From NCBI GenBank assembly GCA_014729915.1, contig WJJD01000058.1, forward strand, positions 18,293 through 82,292: a stretch of 64,000 nt of DNA, written 5' to 3'. Source of the DNA: Candidatus Woesearchaeota archaeon (GTDB lineage Archaea; Nanobdellota; Nanobdellia; Woesearchaeales; GW2011-AR15). The notes beneath the pieces are model-generated. The model was not told the origin of the DNA, ran no database searches, and was given only the letters and a program-made list of their open reading frames with translations. This document shows, in pieces, positions 43,961 to 51,968 of this stretch. The translations under genes were made by a program, and so were the position numbers. Numbering within the stretch: the stretch's first letter is position 1; each line of letters opens with the position of its first letter.

Positions 43961-44092
43961 GTTATCACCTTATAATCTAAAATATTTCATTTTAAGTATT
44001 TAAATATTTCTGATTTATTTTTCAAAAATGAAATATATATTTCTAAAATAAATAATATTTTTTAAAAAAGAAAATATTTATATAAGAAGACT

Positions 44093-44362
44093 TTGTTAAT
44101 ATACTGCATGGAAAATTTTTTTAAGGGATTGATTGATAAAAAAACATTAAGGATTCTAAATCTGCTTTTTGAACACGGAGATGACCTTTGGCACATAAAA
44201 AAGATTTCAATAGAGTCAGAAGTGCCCTTATCAACCACCTTTAGAATAATAAAAAAATTTTTGAGATTAAATATTGTTGAAAAAAGTCTTGTCGGGAAAT
44301 TAAAAATATATAAGCTGGCAAAAAACAAAAAAACAGACTATTTAAAAAGAGTTTTAAAATGA
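44093..44362 (+). CDS. Small winged-helix DNA-binding transcriptional regulator of the ArsR/TrmB type
   Basis: 'KKTLRILNLLFEHGDDLWHIKKISIESEVPLSTTFRIIKKFLRLNIVEK' has the helix/turn/recognition-helix/wing pattern. An alternative start is at Met6 (44108). Confidence 0.45.
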   Translation: MLIYCMENFFKGLIDKKTLRILNLLFEHGDDLWHIKKISIESEVPLSTTFRIIKKFLRLNIVEKSLVGKLKIYKLAKNKKTDYLKRVLK

Positions 44363-45048
44363 AAAAAATAATCTTAGTCTTTTCAGTAATTACTTTTTTA
44401 TTATTATTTATCTTTTCTTCCCTTTTGTTTTTTGATGAATTGAAACTAATTAATAACAGGATAACCGGCGCAGCTGAGCTGGATACTGCTGTAATCATAA
44501 TAAATGTGAGTTCTGCTGTATGCTCCTCTAATTTTTCACAAGGTTATAATCTTGTATCAATACCCTGTGTTCCAAAACCTGCACCAGTTTCAGAAGTTTT
44601 AGAATCAGTTGAAGAAAACATTGTATCTATCCATCATTATGTGCCTTCCTCCGCAGATCCCTGGAAAACATATAATCCGGAGCTTCCTTCCTGGGCAGTG
44701 CAGGATTTAACTGAAATTGACAGGAAAAAATCATACTGGCTCAACCTGGATTCAAACGTGACATTTCAGTTGAATTCAAGCACAGCTTCTCCAAATTATA
44801 TTTATACAAAACAGGGGTGGAACATGATAGGCTATCCCACATTGACCCCTGTAGAAATTGGTGAGGCATTGGTTTCAATCAATCAGAGCTATGATATCCT
44901 ATATTCATACAACACTTTAAACAATTCCTGGGAGGAATATACCTGGAACAGCAGCAAATCTTCAGAACAAAATATTATCAATATGACTCCATATACAGGA
45001 TATTGGATCAAAATGCTTAGAAATGAGACACTGCTCATAGACTGGTAA
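44359..45048 (+). CDS. Hypothetical secreted/anchored protein (229 aa)
   Basis: N-terminal hydrophobic segment 'KIILVFSVITFLLLFIFSSLLFF'. ATGA overlap with the upstream gene. Confidence 0.5.
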   Translation: MKKIILVFSVITFLLLFIFSSLLFFDELKLINNRITGAAELDTAVIIINVSSAVCSSNFSQGYNLVSIPCVPKPAPVSEVLESVEENIVSIHHYVPSSADPWKTYNPELPSWAVQDLTEIDRKKSYWLNLDSNVTFQLNSSTASPNYIYTKQGWNMIGYPTLTPVEIGEALVSINQSYDILYSYNTLNNSWEEYTWNSSKSSEQNIINMTPYTGYWIKMLRNETLLIDW

Positions 45049-45051
45049 AAA

Positions 45052-47544
45052 ATGAAAAAATACATCTTAATATTAATTGCAATCATATTTTTGCAGATGA
45101 ATGTTTCAGCACAAATTCCGGCATACAGGGACCTTCCATTTCTTTCAACAGAATTTTACGGTACTGCAACAGTTTATGATCTTAACAGTACAGCCTTTGA
45201 AGCCGGCACAAGAATAGATGCCTATGCATATGAAACATTATGCGGTACATTTTATATAGAAAATGAAGGCTATTACGGATCATTGACCTGCAGAGCAGAC
45301 GATAATAACACTAATGAGACAGAGGGTGCACTACAGGGCCAGAATATAATATTCAGGATAGATAATCAGACAACTCTTAGCTCAGGAGATACAGTCTGGT
45401 ACCAGGGGGAATTCCAGAGGGTTGATCTTGCATTGGCTCCCGGTTGCCCGAACGGGTGGTGTGAAATAGGAGAGAGCTGCGTTAATTGTCCGGAGGACTG
45501 CGGGGTATGCCCCCCTCCGGGAGCAGGCCAAGGAGGAGAAGGAGGAGACGGGGAAGGAGGTGATTCAGGAGATTCAGATAACAGTGATGAAGAGGATGGA
45601 GGTGCCGGCGAGGATGAAGGAGATTCTGCAGCAGGTGCCGGTTCAGGTGATATCAGTTTCAGAGAAGGAAGAGATACAATGCAGAATCTTTCCATGGAAT
45701 TATGCAAAGAAGACTGGTTCTGCACTGCCTGGATTCCTGACCCCTGCCCTATTTCAGGAGAGCAGACAAGAAACTGCACAGATATCAACAATTGCAATAC
45801 AACTTTTACAAAACCAGAAGAAAAACAGAACTGCACATATGAAGGGACATGTTTTGATTATATATTAAACCAGGATGAGACAGATATTGACTGCGGGGGA
45901 AAAATTTGTGAGGGATGTGAGAATGATAAAAGATGCAAAAAAGACAGAGACTGCGTTTCGGGATTCTGCAATCCTTTTGAAGAGGTCTGCAGAACCCCTG
46001 TCTGTGATGACGGTATAAAAAACCAGGGGGAGCAGGAAATTGACTGCGGGGGTCCCTGTCCACCATGTCATCCTGAAGAGATGCCGATTCTTGAACAACC
46101 CGGAAGAATCATCCGATTTGTCGTGGCAGGATGCGGACCGTTCCCCTGGGGCATATTGATGATATCTTCAGTTGGCATATTATTATGTTATGTTCTTGGT
46201 AAAGTCTATATAAAAAGATATCAAAATAAAAGGAAATTTACCAGGCTGGATAGACTTGATAAGCTGAATAAAAAATACAGGATGGAGCGTTATCTAAACT
46301 TGTTTATTATAAATGGGATACTTGTTATGTTGTCTATTTGTTTATACTTATATTATTTCTGCGAGATCGTGGTATGGATATTTATCATGGTGATGCTTAT
46401 AATTCCTTTAATTACAGGCTTTACAATAAAGCTGCTTGTCTATGATGAAAAACGAAAACAGGAAAGATTCAGGAGACTGATAATATCGCATGAAGAAGAG
46501 TTAAGTAAAATTATCAGGTTAAAGAATACCCAGATAAATGAAATTGAAAAAGATATAATAAACAGATTAGAAAAAATAATTTTTTCAGGTTCGTTAAAAC
46601 CTGCGATGAGAGATCATCTGTCAAGGCTCCTCAAACTTATCAAAACCCACAATAAGATGGATATTTCAGATCCTGATCTTGAAAAAAATATGATAGACAA
46701 AATTGATGAGATAAAAGACAAAAATAACTCCAAAAACAAAATACTCTCACAGGCAATGGATTCTCTTAATCTGTTGAAAAAAATTTTTAATGATAAGGCC
46801 GGTCAGGAAAAGGAATTGGGAAAAGACGAGAAAATTGAAAAAAACATTGAAGAGGGAAGCCAAAATAAAGAAAATAAAGAAATGGATAATCTAAAAAAAA
46901 ACAAAACACATAATTCGGACTATTTTGATGATATTGACGAAAAAGCAGATAAACAGATACTAAAACTCGAAAAAAAACAGATGGAAAAGCAGCTAGAGCG
47001 GGAAGTGGAAAAAAGGCATACAAAAGAACTTCAAACAAAGAAAAAATATGATTATTCAAAAAAAGCAGAAAATCCATTTAAGATAATAAACACACGAATA
47101 GCAAATACAATAAATGAGCTGATAACAGACATAAAAAACATGAACGAATCAGATTATTATTTTCACAATAATGAGCTCAGGAATGACTTTTCAGAATGGA
47201 TAAGCGGAGAATTCGGGTATGGTGCACTGGCTGAAAAAATTAATCATATCAAGGCAAGACAGGATCTTCTTAAAATTCTGGAATCTTCTGGAAAGTATGT
47301 AAAAGACAAAAAAACTGGCAAAAAACTATTCAGGCTCAATAGCGGTAAAACAATAGAGACTATAGATGAATTAAAAAATGAGTTAGGGAAAATGGATGAT
47401 CAGGAATTTTATTTGTATGTGAATGAATTAAGAAATGAATTTTATTATTGGATTAAAAATAAATTGGAAAAAGATAAACTTGCTGAAAAACTAAGATATG
47501 TGAAAACAAAGAAGGAAATGATTGAAATCTTAAAAACATACTAA
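45052..47544 (+). CDS. Membrane protein with a signal peptide, a Gly/Asp/Glu-rich acidic low-complexity region, Cys-rich 'IDCGGPC' repeats, TM helices, and a Lys/Glu coiled-coil cytoplasmic tail carrying two copies of the 'HVNE-KNDFS-W'-type domain
   Basis: Signal peptide 'MKKYILILIAIIFLQMNVSA'. Acidic region 'PPPGAGQGGEGGDGEGGDSGDSDNSDEEDGGAGEDEGDSAAGAGSGD'. Cys-rich 'CFDYILNQDETDIDCGGKICEGC ... CDDGIKNQGEQEIDCGGPCPPC' and 'C.DW.C ... NNC' resembling the 24349 protein. TM segments at 'GILMISSVGILLCYVLG' and 'GILVMLSICLYLYYFCEIVVWIFIMVMLIIPLITGF'. Tail copies 'YYFHNNELRNDFSEWISGEFGYGALAEKINHIKARQDLLKIL' and 'FYLYVNELRNEFYYWIKNKLEKDKLAEKLRYVKTKKEMIEIL'. Confidence 0.75.
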   Translation: MKKYILILIAIIFLQMNVSAQIPAYRDLPFLSTEFYGTATVYDLNSTAFEAGTRIDAYAYETLCGTFYIENEGYYGSLTCRADDNNTNETEGALQGQNIIFRIDNQTTLSSGDTVWYQGEFQRVDLALAPGCPNGWCEIGESCVNCPEDCGVCPPPGAGQGGEGGDGEGGDSGDSDNSDEEDGGAGEDEGDSAAGAGSGDISFREGRDTMQNLSMELCKEDWFCTAWIPDPCPISGEQTRNCTDINNCNTTFTKPEEKQNCTYEGTCFDYILNQDETDIDCGGKICEGCENDKRCKKDRDCVSGFCNPFEEVCRTPVCDDGIKNQGEQEIDCGGPCPPCHPEEMPILEQPGRIIRFVVAGCGPFPWGILMISSVGILLCYVLGKVYIKRYQNKRKFTRLDRLDKLNKKYRMERYLNLFIINGILVMLSICLYLYYFCEIVVWIFIMVMLIIPLITGFTIKLLVYDEKRKQERFRRLIISHEEELSKIIRLKNTQINEIEKDIINRLEKIIFSGSLKPAMRDHLSRLLKLIKTHNKMDISDPDLEKNMIDKIDEIKDKNNSKNKILSQAMDSLNLLKKIFNDKAGQEKELGKDEKIEKNIEEGSQNKENKEMDNLKKNKTHNSDYFDDIDEKADKQILKLEKKQMEKQLEREVEKRHTKELQTKKKYDYSKKAENPFKIINTRIANTINELITDIKNMNESDYYFHNNELRNDFSEWISGEFGYGALAEKINHIKARQDLLKILESSGKYVKDKKTGKKLFRLNSGKTIETIDELKNELGKMDDQEFYLYVNELRNEFYYWIKNKLEKDKLAEKLRYVKTKKEMIEILKTY

Positions 47545-47828
47545 AATCTAATAAAACTGAATGCAGCCTTCTGACCCAGGTATAAGATAACAAGGGTTGT
47601 CACAATACCATTTTCAATACTTAATGTAATTGATAAAGCATAAAGACCGCATAATATATCTAAAATGCTTGCAGGATCTTTTGAGAGTATTGTAAACACA
47701 ACACCCTTAAATAAAAGATAAGATCCTATTAAAAAAAAATATATTTCCCTGATTAAAAAAAAATTAGAGAAAACAAGAACAAGAGCACAGAGCGCATCAA
47801 GAATTCCAAGCATCTTTATAAGGATCAT
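47541..47828 (-). CDS. Small hypothetical membrane protein with 3 predicted TM helices
   Basis: 95 aa, almost entirely hydrophobic segments. Confidence 0.4.
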   Translation of the reverse strand: MILIKMLGILDALCALVLVFSNFFLIREIYFFLIGSYLLFKGVVFTILSKDPASILDILCGLYALSITLSIENGIVTTLVILYLGQKAAFSFIRF

Positions 47829-47868
47829 ACCAAAAAGAAAAAATATAAGATATTAAAAAACTTCTTTT

Positions 47869-48102
47869 TTACATATGTTCAACAGCTTCTTTGATAAAGG
47901 GAATGACTGCCTCAGCTTCTTCTTTTGTCATCCTGCCGAGTTTCGCATATCTGAATTCATCCTCATTAACAATATTCTGTCTGCTTATCTGTAATTTTGG
48001 CGTCCCCTCATTGTATGAGAAAACACTGACGATGATTTTTGTATCTGCAAATTCTTTTTCATCTGAAAATAACTCTTTATCTAAACTTTTGTCAAATGCC
48101 AT
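47869..48102 (-). CDS. Small acidic protein, possibly a PC4-like ssDNA-binding fold
   Basis: 'TKIIVSVFSYNEGTPKLQISRQNIVNEDEFRYAKLGRMTKEEAEAVIPFIKEAVE' follows the PC4 pattern (strand, K-rich loop, strand, 'GisLt.eqw..L...lp.I.eA' helix). This is a weak call. Confidence 0.3.
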   Translation of the reverse strand: MAFDKSLDKELFSDEKEFADTKIIVSVFSYNEGTPKLQISRQNIVNEDEFRYAKLGRMTKEEAEAVIPFIKEAVEHM

Positions 48103-48234
48103 AAAATTTCACCTCGAAATATTAATTTTTTAAAAAAAAGAGGTTTTTTAAAAACTTTGGGTAATGGATTAATCAAAAATCCATAAGTCAGGTATTTCCT
48201 ATTAACGGGAACAAAGGATTGCCTTTTTCAAACA

Positions 48235-48250
48235 ATATAAATATATATAT
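48235..48250 (+). promoter_or_regulatory. TATA-box-like element about 20-35 nt upstream of the 48270 start codon
   Basis: 'ATATAAATATATATAT' at 48235..48250. Confidence 0.3.
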
Positions 48251-48269
48251 CCTCTATATTACTTGAAAT

Positions 48270-49253
48270 ATGAAACTCGCATTTGCGACCGGTCCTTATG
48301 CCCAGTCAGAGGATTCTTTATACATCTTTCTAAAAGAAGCTTTAAGCCGAAACCACAAGGTTTATCTCTTTATTTTGGATGATATTTATACAAAAGACAA
48401 TCATATTTTTGCTGACCTGATGCTGCTTTCGAAAAAAAGATTCGGCATAGACAATAATCAAAGATATAAATTTGATAAAAAAGTTCCCATGCAGCTGGGG
48501 TCAATGAACGCAGTTTTTTTAAAAAGAGATCCGCCTGTTCCTGCAGATAAACTTGAAATGATAAAAGATCTCGGCAAAAAAGTTTTTGTTGTAAATGATC
48601 CCGCAGGCATAATAAAATATAAAAGCAAGTCTTCTCTTGAAAGATTTTCAGAATTCATGCCTGAGACCTTCTTTTCAAAAGATGTCTCATTTCTTAAACA
48701 AAAAATCAATGAATTAAAAGATTGTGTACTAAAACAGGACTTCAGCTATGGTGGTCTTGGTATCCATCGTATATATGAGAAGAACAATCAATATTTTCAT
48801 AATCATCTGAAGATAAAAAATCAAAAAATACAGCTGACTCCTTTTCTTAAAAAACTGACATTAGACGGGACAAAAAAATTGACACTTGTCCGTTTCCTCA
48901 AAAATATAGACCAGGGAGATAAACGGATAATAATTCTTGACGGAAAAATTCTTGGTGCTATACTAAGAAAACCCTCAAAGGACTCATGGATATGTAATAT
49001 CACTTCAGGAGGGGTTGCGGGAAAAACAACAATTACAGAGGATGAACAAGAAATGATTAAAAAAATATCTCCTGTCCTTACGCAGGACGGAATACATATT
49101 GCAGGATTTGACACTCTGGTGGATGACAGCGGTAAAAGAGTATTATCAGAAATAAACACAACCAATGTTGGAGCGTTTCATATCCTGAACAAAACTTATA
49201 ATTTAAAACTAGAAAAGAAAATTATTGATTGGTTAGAACACGAATCTTTTTAA
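48270..49253 (+). CDS. Glutathione synthetase-like ATP-grasp ligase (GshB/RimK family)
   Basis: Alignable to E. coli GshB: 'FLKRDPPVPADKLEMIKDL' versus 'LMRKDPPFDTEF'. 'DGDKRIIILDGKILGAILRKPSKDSWICNITSGGVAGKTTITEDEQEMIKKISPVLTQDGIHIAGFDTLVDDSGKRVLSEINTTNVGAF' versus '[82 protein letters not shown]'. Confidence 0.7.
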   Translation: MKLAFATGPYAQSEDSLYIFLKEALSRNHKVYLFILDDIYTKDNHIFADLMLLSKKRFGIDNNQRYKFDKKVPMQLGSMNAVFLKRDPPVPADKLEMIKDLGKKVFVVNDPAGIIKYKSKSSLERFSEFMPETFFSKDVSFLKQKINELKDCVLKQDFSYGGLGIHRIYEKNNQYFHNHLKIKNQKIQLTPFLKKLTLDGTKKLTLVRFLKNIDQGDKRIIILDGKILGAILRKPSKDSWICNITSGGVAGKTTITEDEQEMIKKISPVLTQDGIHIAGFDTLVDDSGKRVLSEINTTNVGAFHILNKTYNLKLEKKIIDWLEHESF

Positions 49254-49461
49254 ATCTTATATTTTTCATTCTTTAACCCTCATTAAATAGAATACATTAA
49301 AATGAAGAGAAAAAAGAATGAAAAGTCAGTTCTGCTGCCTCGGATGGATTGTCTAAAAAATAATAATGAGAATATTATATATTCCTCCATAGATATATTT
49401 ATATATCAGTATAGTTTTTTATATACTAATATAAAGTAATGTAAATCAAAAGGTAAAGAAA

Positions 49462-50211
49462 ATGTGCAGAATGGTTATCGGGATCGGAAATATAGACACA
49501 AAAAAATTAATTGATGATTTCAGGTATATTGCTCAGGGAAAAAATGAGCTGCATGAAAAAAATCCATATTACGGAAAACTAATGCATGATCATGGCTGGG
49601 GTCTTGCCTACCTGAACAAAAAAAATAAATGGGTCATATATAAGTCAGTCAACCCGATATATGAGGATAAAAACCTAAAGGAATTTACAGATATCGACAC
49701 ACAGGCCTTGATAATACATGCAAGAAAAGCGACTGCGGGAAACAAGACTATACCTAATACTCAGCCTCTGTTTTTCAAAAATCAGGATCAGGAATTTTTA
49801 TTCGCCCATAACGGAACAATCAACGATCAGTTTGATATTAAAACTAAATATCTTGAATATGGAGATTCAGACACAGTAATGTGGTTCAATAAGATTCTTC
49901 TGGATGTCAACAAGGAAAATGAAGTCAGGATTGAAAAACATTTGTATTCATTAAAAAACTTCACTTCAGCAAATTTCTTTTTTGTAACTCCTGAAAAAAT
50001 CTTTGTAGGGCAGTATTACAGAAAGGATCCAAAATATCATACAATGAAATTATTTAAGGAAAATTACGGATTAATAATATCTTCAGAAATACTTCCACAT
50101 CTTAAAAGTAAAAACTGGAGTGAGATTCCCAACAGGAGCATTTTTGAGATTGATTATAAAAAAAAAAGGGCAATGGTTAAAAAACGGATTTCTCAGACAT
50201 CTTCCGTGTGA
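49462..50211 (+). CDS. Class II (Ntn-type) glutamine amidotransferase-like protein, YafJ/EgtC-like
   Basis: It starts 'MCR...', with Cys2 as the Ntn nucleophile as in YafJ/EgtC. 'HDHGWGLAY' matches the 'DGWGIA' core. The length of about 250 aa is typical. Confidence 0.6.
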   Translation: MCRMVIGIGNIDTKKLIDDFRYIAQGKNELHEKNPYYGKLMHDHGWGLAYLNKKNKWVIYKSVNPIYEDKNLKEFTDIDTQALIIHARKATAGNKTIPNTQPLFFKNQDQEFLFAHNGTINDQFDIKTKYLEYGDSDTVMWFNKILLDVNKENEVRIEKHLYSLKNFTSANFFFVTPEKIFVGQYYRKDPKYHTMKLFKENYGLIISSEILPHLKSKNWSEIPNRSIFEIDYKKKRAMVKKRISQTSSV

Positions 50212-51520
50212 TCAAGAGATTCTTGAATAGTTTATCAGAAAGTTTTATAGATAATTCCTCAGCTGTTTCCTGTGTAATTCTTTTATAATTAGTATATCCC
50301 TGTTTTTTCTTGACATAATCAAGAATCTCATCAGAGGTTGTTTTTCTTTTTTCAAGTATCTCCTTAAATTCCTGTAAAATTAATTTGTTATTATCAATTA
50401 CGTTCTTATCAAGAAAATCAACAAGGGATCCGCAATACTCTCTTATCTTCATGCTGTCAAGACCTTTAACTGCGGATTTTTTCTGGAGAACATTCCTGAG
50501 ATAATCTGCCTGGGGAACATAGAGCTTATCTGATTCTAATTTGAATGGATTTTTATTCCCGATTTTATCAGGAATTATCTTTATTTTGTTTTTATTAATA
50601 TATCTTATGAAATTTTTCAATATCCCGCACAACCCTGCAACCTTTTTAACGGAATTCATATCACATCCCCTGCTTTCGATTGTGCCGTGAGCAGTAACTT
50701 TTACAGGTTTCCATGAAGAATCAAGGATTGAAGTTCCGTATTTTGTGAATTTATTAAAAGAAACATCATGCTCATTTAACAATTTTTTCCATTCCGTACT
50801 TCTTTTCCGGATAGAATTTTTAAGTTCATTAAATTCCAGAGAATACTTATTTAATGTCCCGAAATCAGGTTGCCTTGCATAAAGCGAGTTCTCATATTCG
50901 AAAAACTCCTCTCCCCTGTATGCAATTATCCTGGAATCCTTGCCGAGATAGTTCCCCTGATAATACGGGGATGACTGCATAAAAGTTGTTATTGCTGGAT
51001 CAAGTGCAATAAAAAGATTATTTACATTAAGGACTTTATGCTTATCCCTCTCTTTTATATCAGGGTAGAAGAATTTTATATTCCTGTTAAATGTTCTTCT
51101 TGGAAGCGAATAATGATAGTGAAAACCGATGCATCTTCCGGCTGTCTTCCAGTTCTCTTTTCCAAGAATTTTTTCTTTTGCATAGTACCTGGGTTCTTCC
51201 CTCATTTCAGGGGAATTTTTTCCGGGATATGAGCCGTAGTAAAACAGGCTTAAGTCCTGTTTATCAATATCATATATCAGATTTTCAAAATCATCAAAAA
51301 AATTGCTGAATACGTGTCTTGAGGAAAGATGCGGGAATGTTGCAATCTCTAACATATTTTTTCCGCATTCTTTCTTTAATTCAGTGTTTGTCAGATTTTT
51401 TTTAAATTCTTCAAGAACTGAATCTGCTTTATTAACAATCCTGCCTTCATTATCAATAAGAAAGAATTCAAGTTCGATCCCGAATGTCCTATGGCTCGGT
51501 GGATAACTGATAGGAGTCAT
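50177..51520 (-). CDS. GCS2/YbdK-family carboxylate-amine ligase (glutamate-cysteine ligase-like amidoligase)
   Basis: N-terminal 'RTFGIELEFFLIDNEGRIV' matches YbdK/GCS2 'FTLGIEEELQLVD'. 447 aa. Convergent with, and overlapping, the 3' end of the amidotransferase gene. Confidence 0.65.
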   Translation of the reverse strand: MTPISYPPSHRTFGIELEFFLIDNEGRIVNKADSVLEEFKKNLTNTELKKECGKNMLEIATFPHLSSRHVFSNFFDDFENLIYDIDKQDLSLFYYGSYPGKNSPEMREEPRYYAKEKILGKENWKTAGRCIGFHYHYSLPRRTFNRNIKFFYPDIKERDKHKVLNVNNLFIALDPAITTFMQSSPYYQGNYLGKDSRIIAYRGEEFFEYENSLYARQPDFGTLNKYSLEFNELKNSIRKRSTEWKKLLNEHDVSFNKFTKYGTSILDSSWKPVKVTAHGTIESRGCDMNSVKKVAGLCGILKNFIRYINKNKIKIIPDKIGNKNPFKLESDKLYVPQADYLRNVLQKKSAVKGLDSMKIREYCGSLVDFLDKNVIDNNKLILQEFKEILEKRKTTSDEILDYVKKKQGYTNYKRITQETAEELSIKLSDKLFKNLLITRKMSEKSVF

Positions 51521-51803
51521 GTATCTCTGAAACTTCAGGATTGTTATAAATGTTTGCTCATATTGTGCAAACCCGGTGAATCTCTGATTCTAACGTGTCT
51601 TTGACCATTCACATACTCACCTCTTTCCCTTTTTTATTAAATTATTAAAATATCTTCCCGACAAATATCATAAAAATAATAAATATAAATTTATTTATAA
51701 AATATTAAAAATATAGTAAAGTATAAATATAAGATATATTATAAATATAACATAGTAGCCATTTTTGTATATTATTTATAATTTTTGATTAACGGAAAAA
51801 TAA

Positions 51804-51968
51804 ATGAGCAAGGTAAAACGGGTAAACATCGAGTTAAAAGAAGACACCCATATGAAGGCAAAGGTAATTGCTGTTCTAAAGGATATAACCCTCAATGAAT
51901 TTTTTGAATCAGCTATTGAGAAATATATAGATGAAAACAAGGGTGTCTTAGAAAAGATAAAAGAATGA
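51804..51968 (+). CDS. Small (54 aa) ribbon-helix-helix/CopG-like protein, translationally coupled (ATGA) to the downstream surface protein gene. It is not in the ORF track because it is under 60 aa.
   Basis: 'MSKVKRVNIELKEDTHMKAKVIAVLKDITLNEFFESAIEKYIDENKGVLEKIKE' has a strand-helix-helix pattern. Its stop at 51966-51968 overlaps the ATG at 51965. Confidence 0.4.
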   Translation: MSKVKRVNIELKEDTHMKAKVIAVLKDITLNEFFESAIEKYIDENKGVLEKIKE

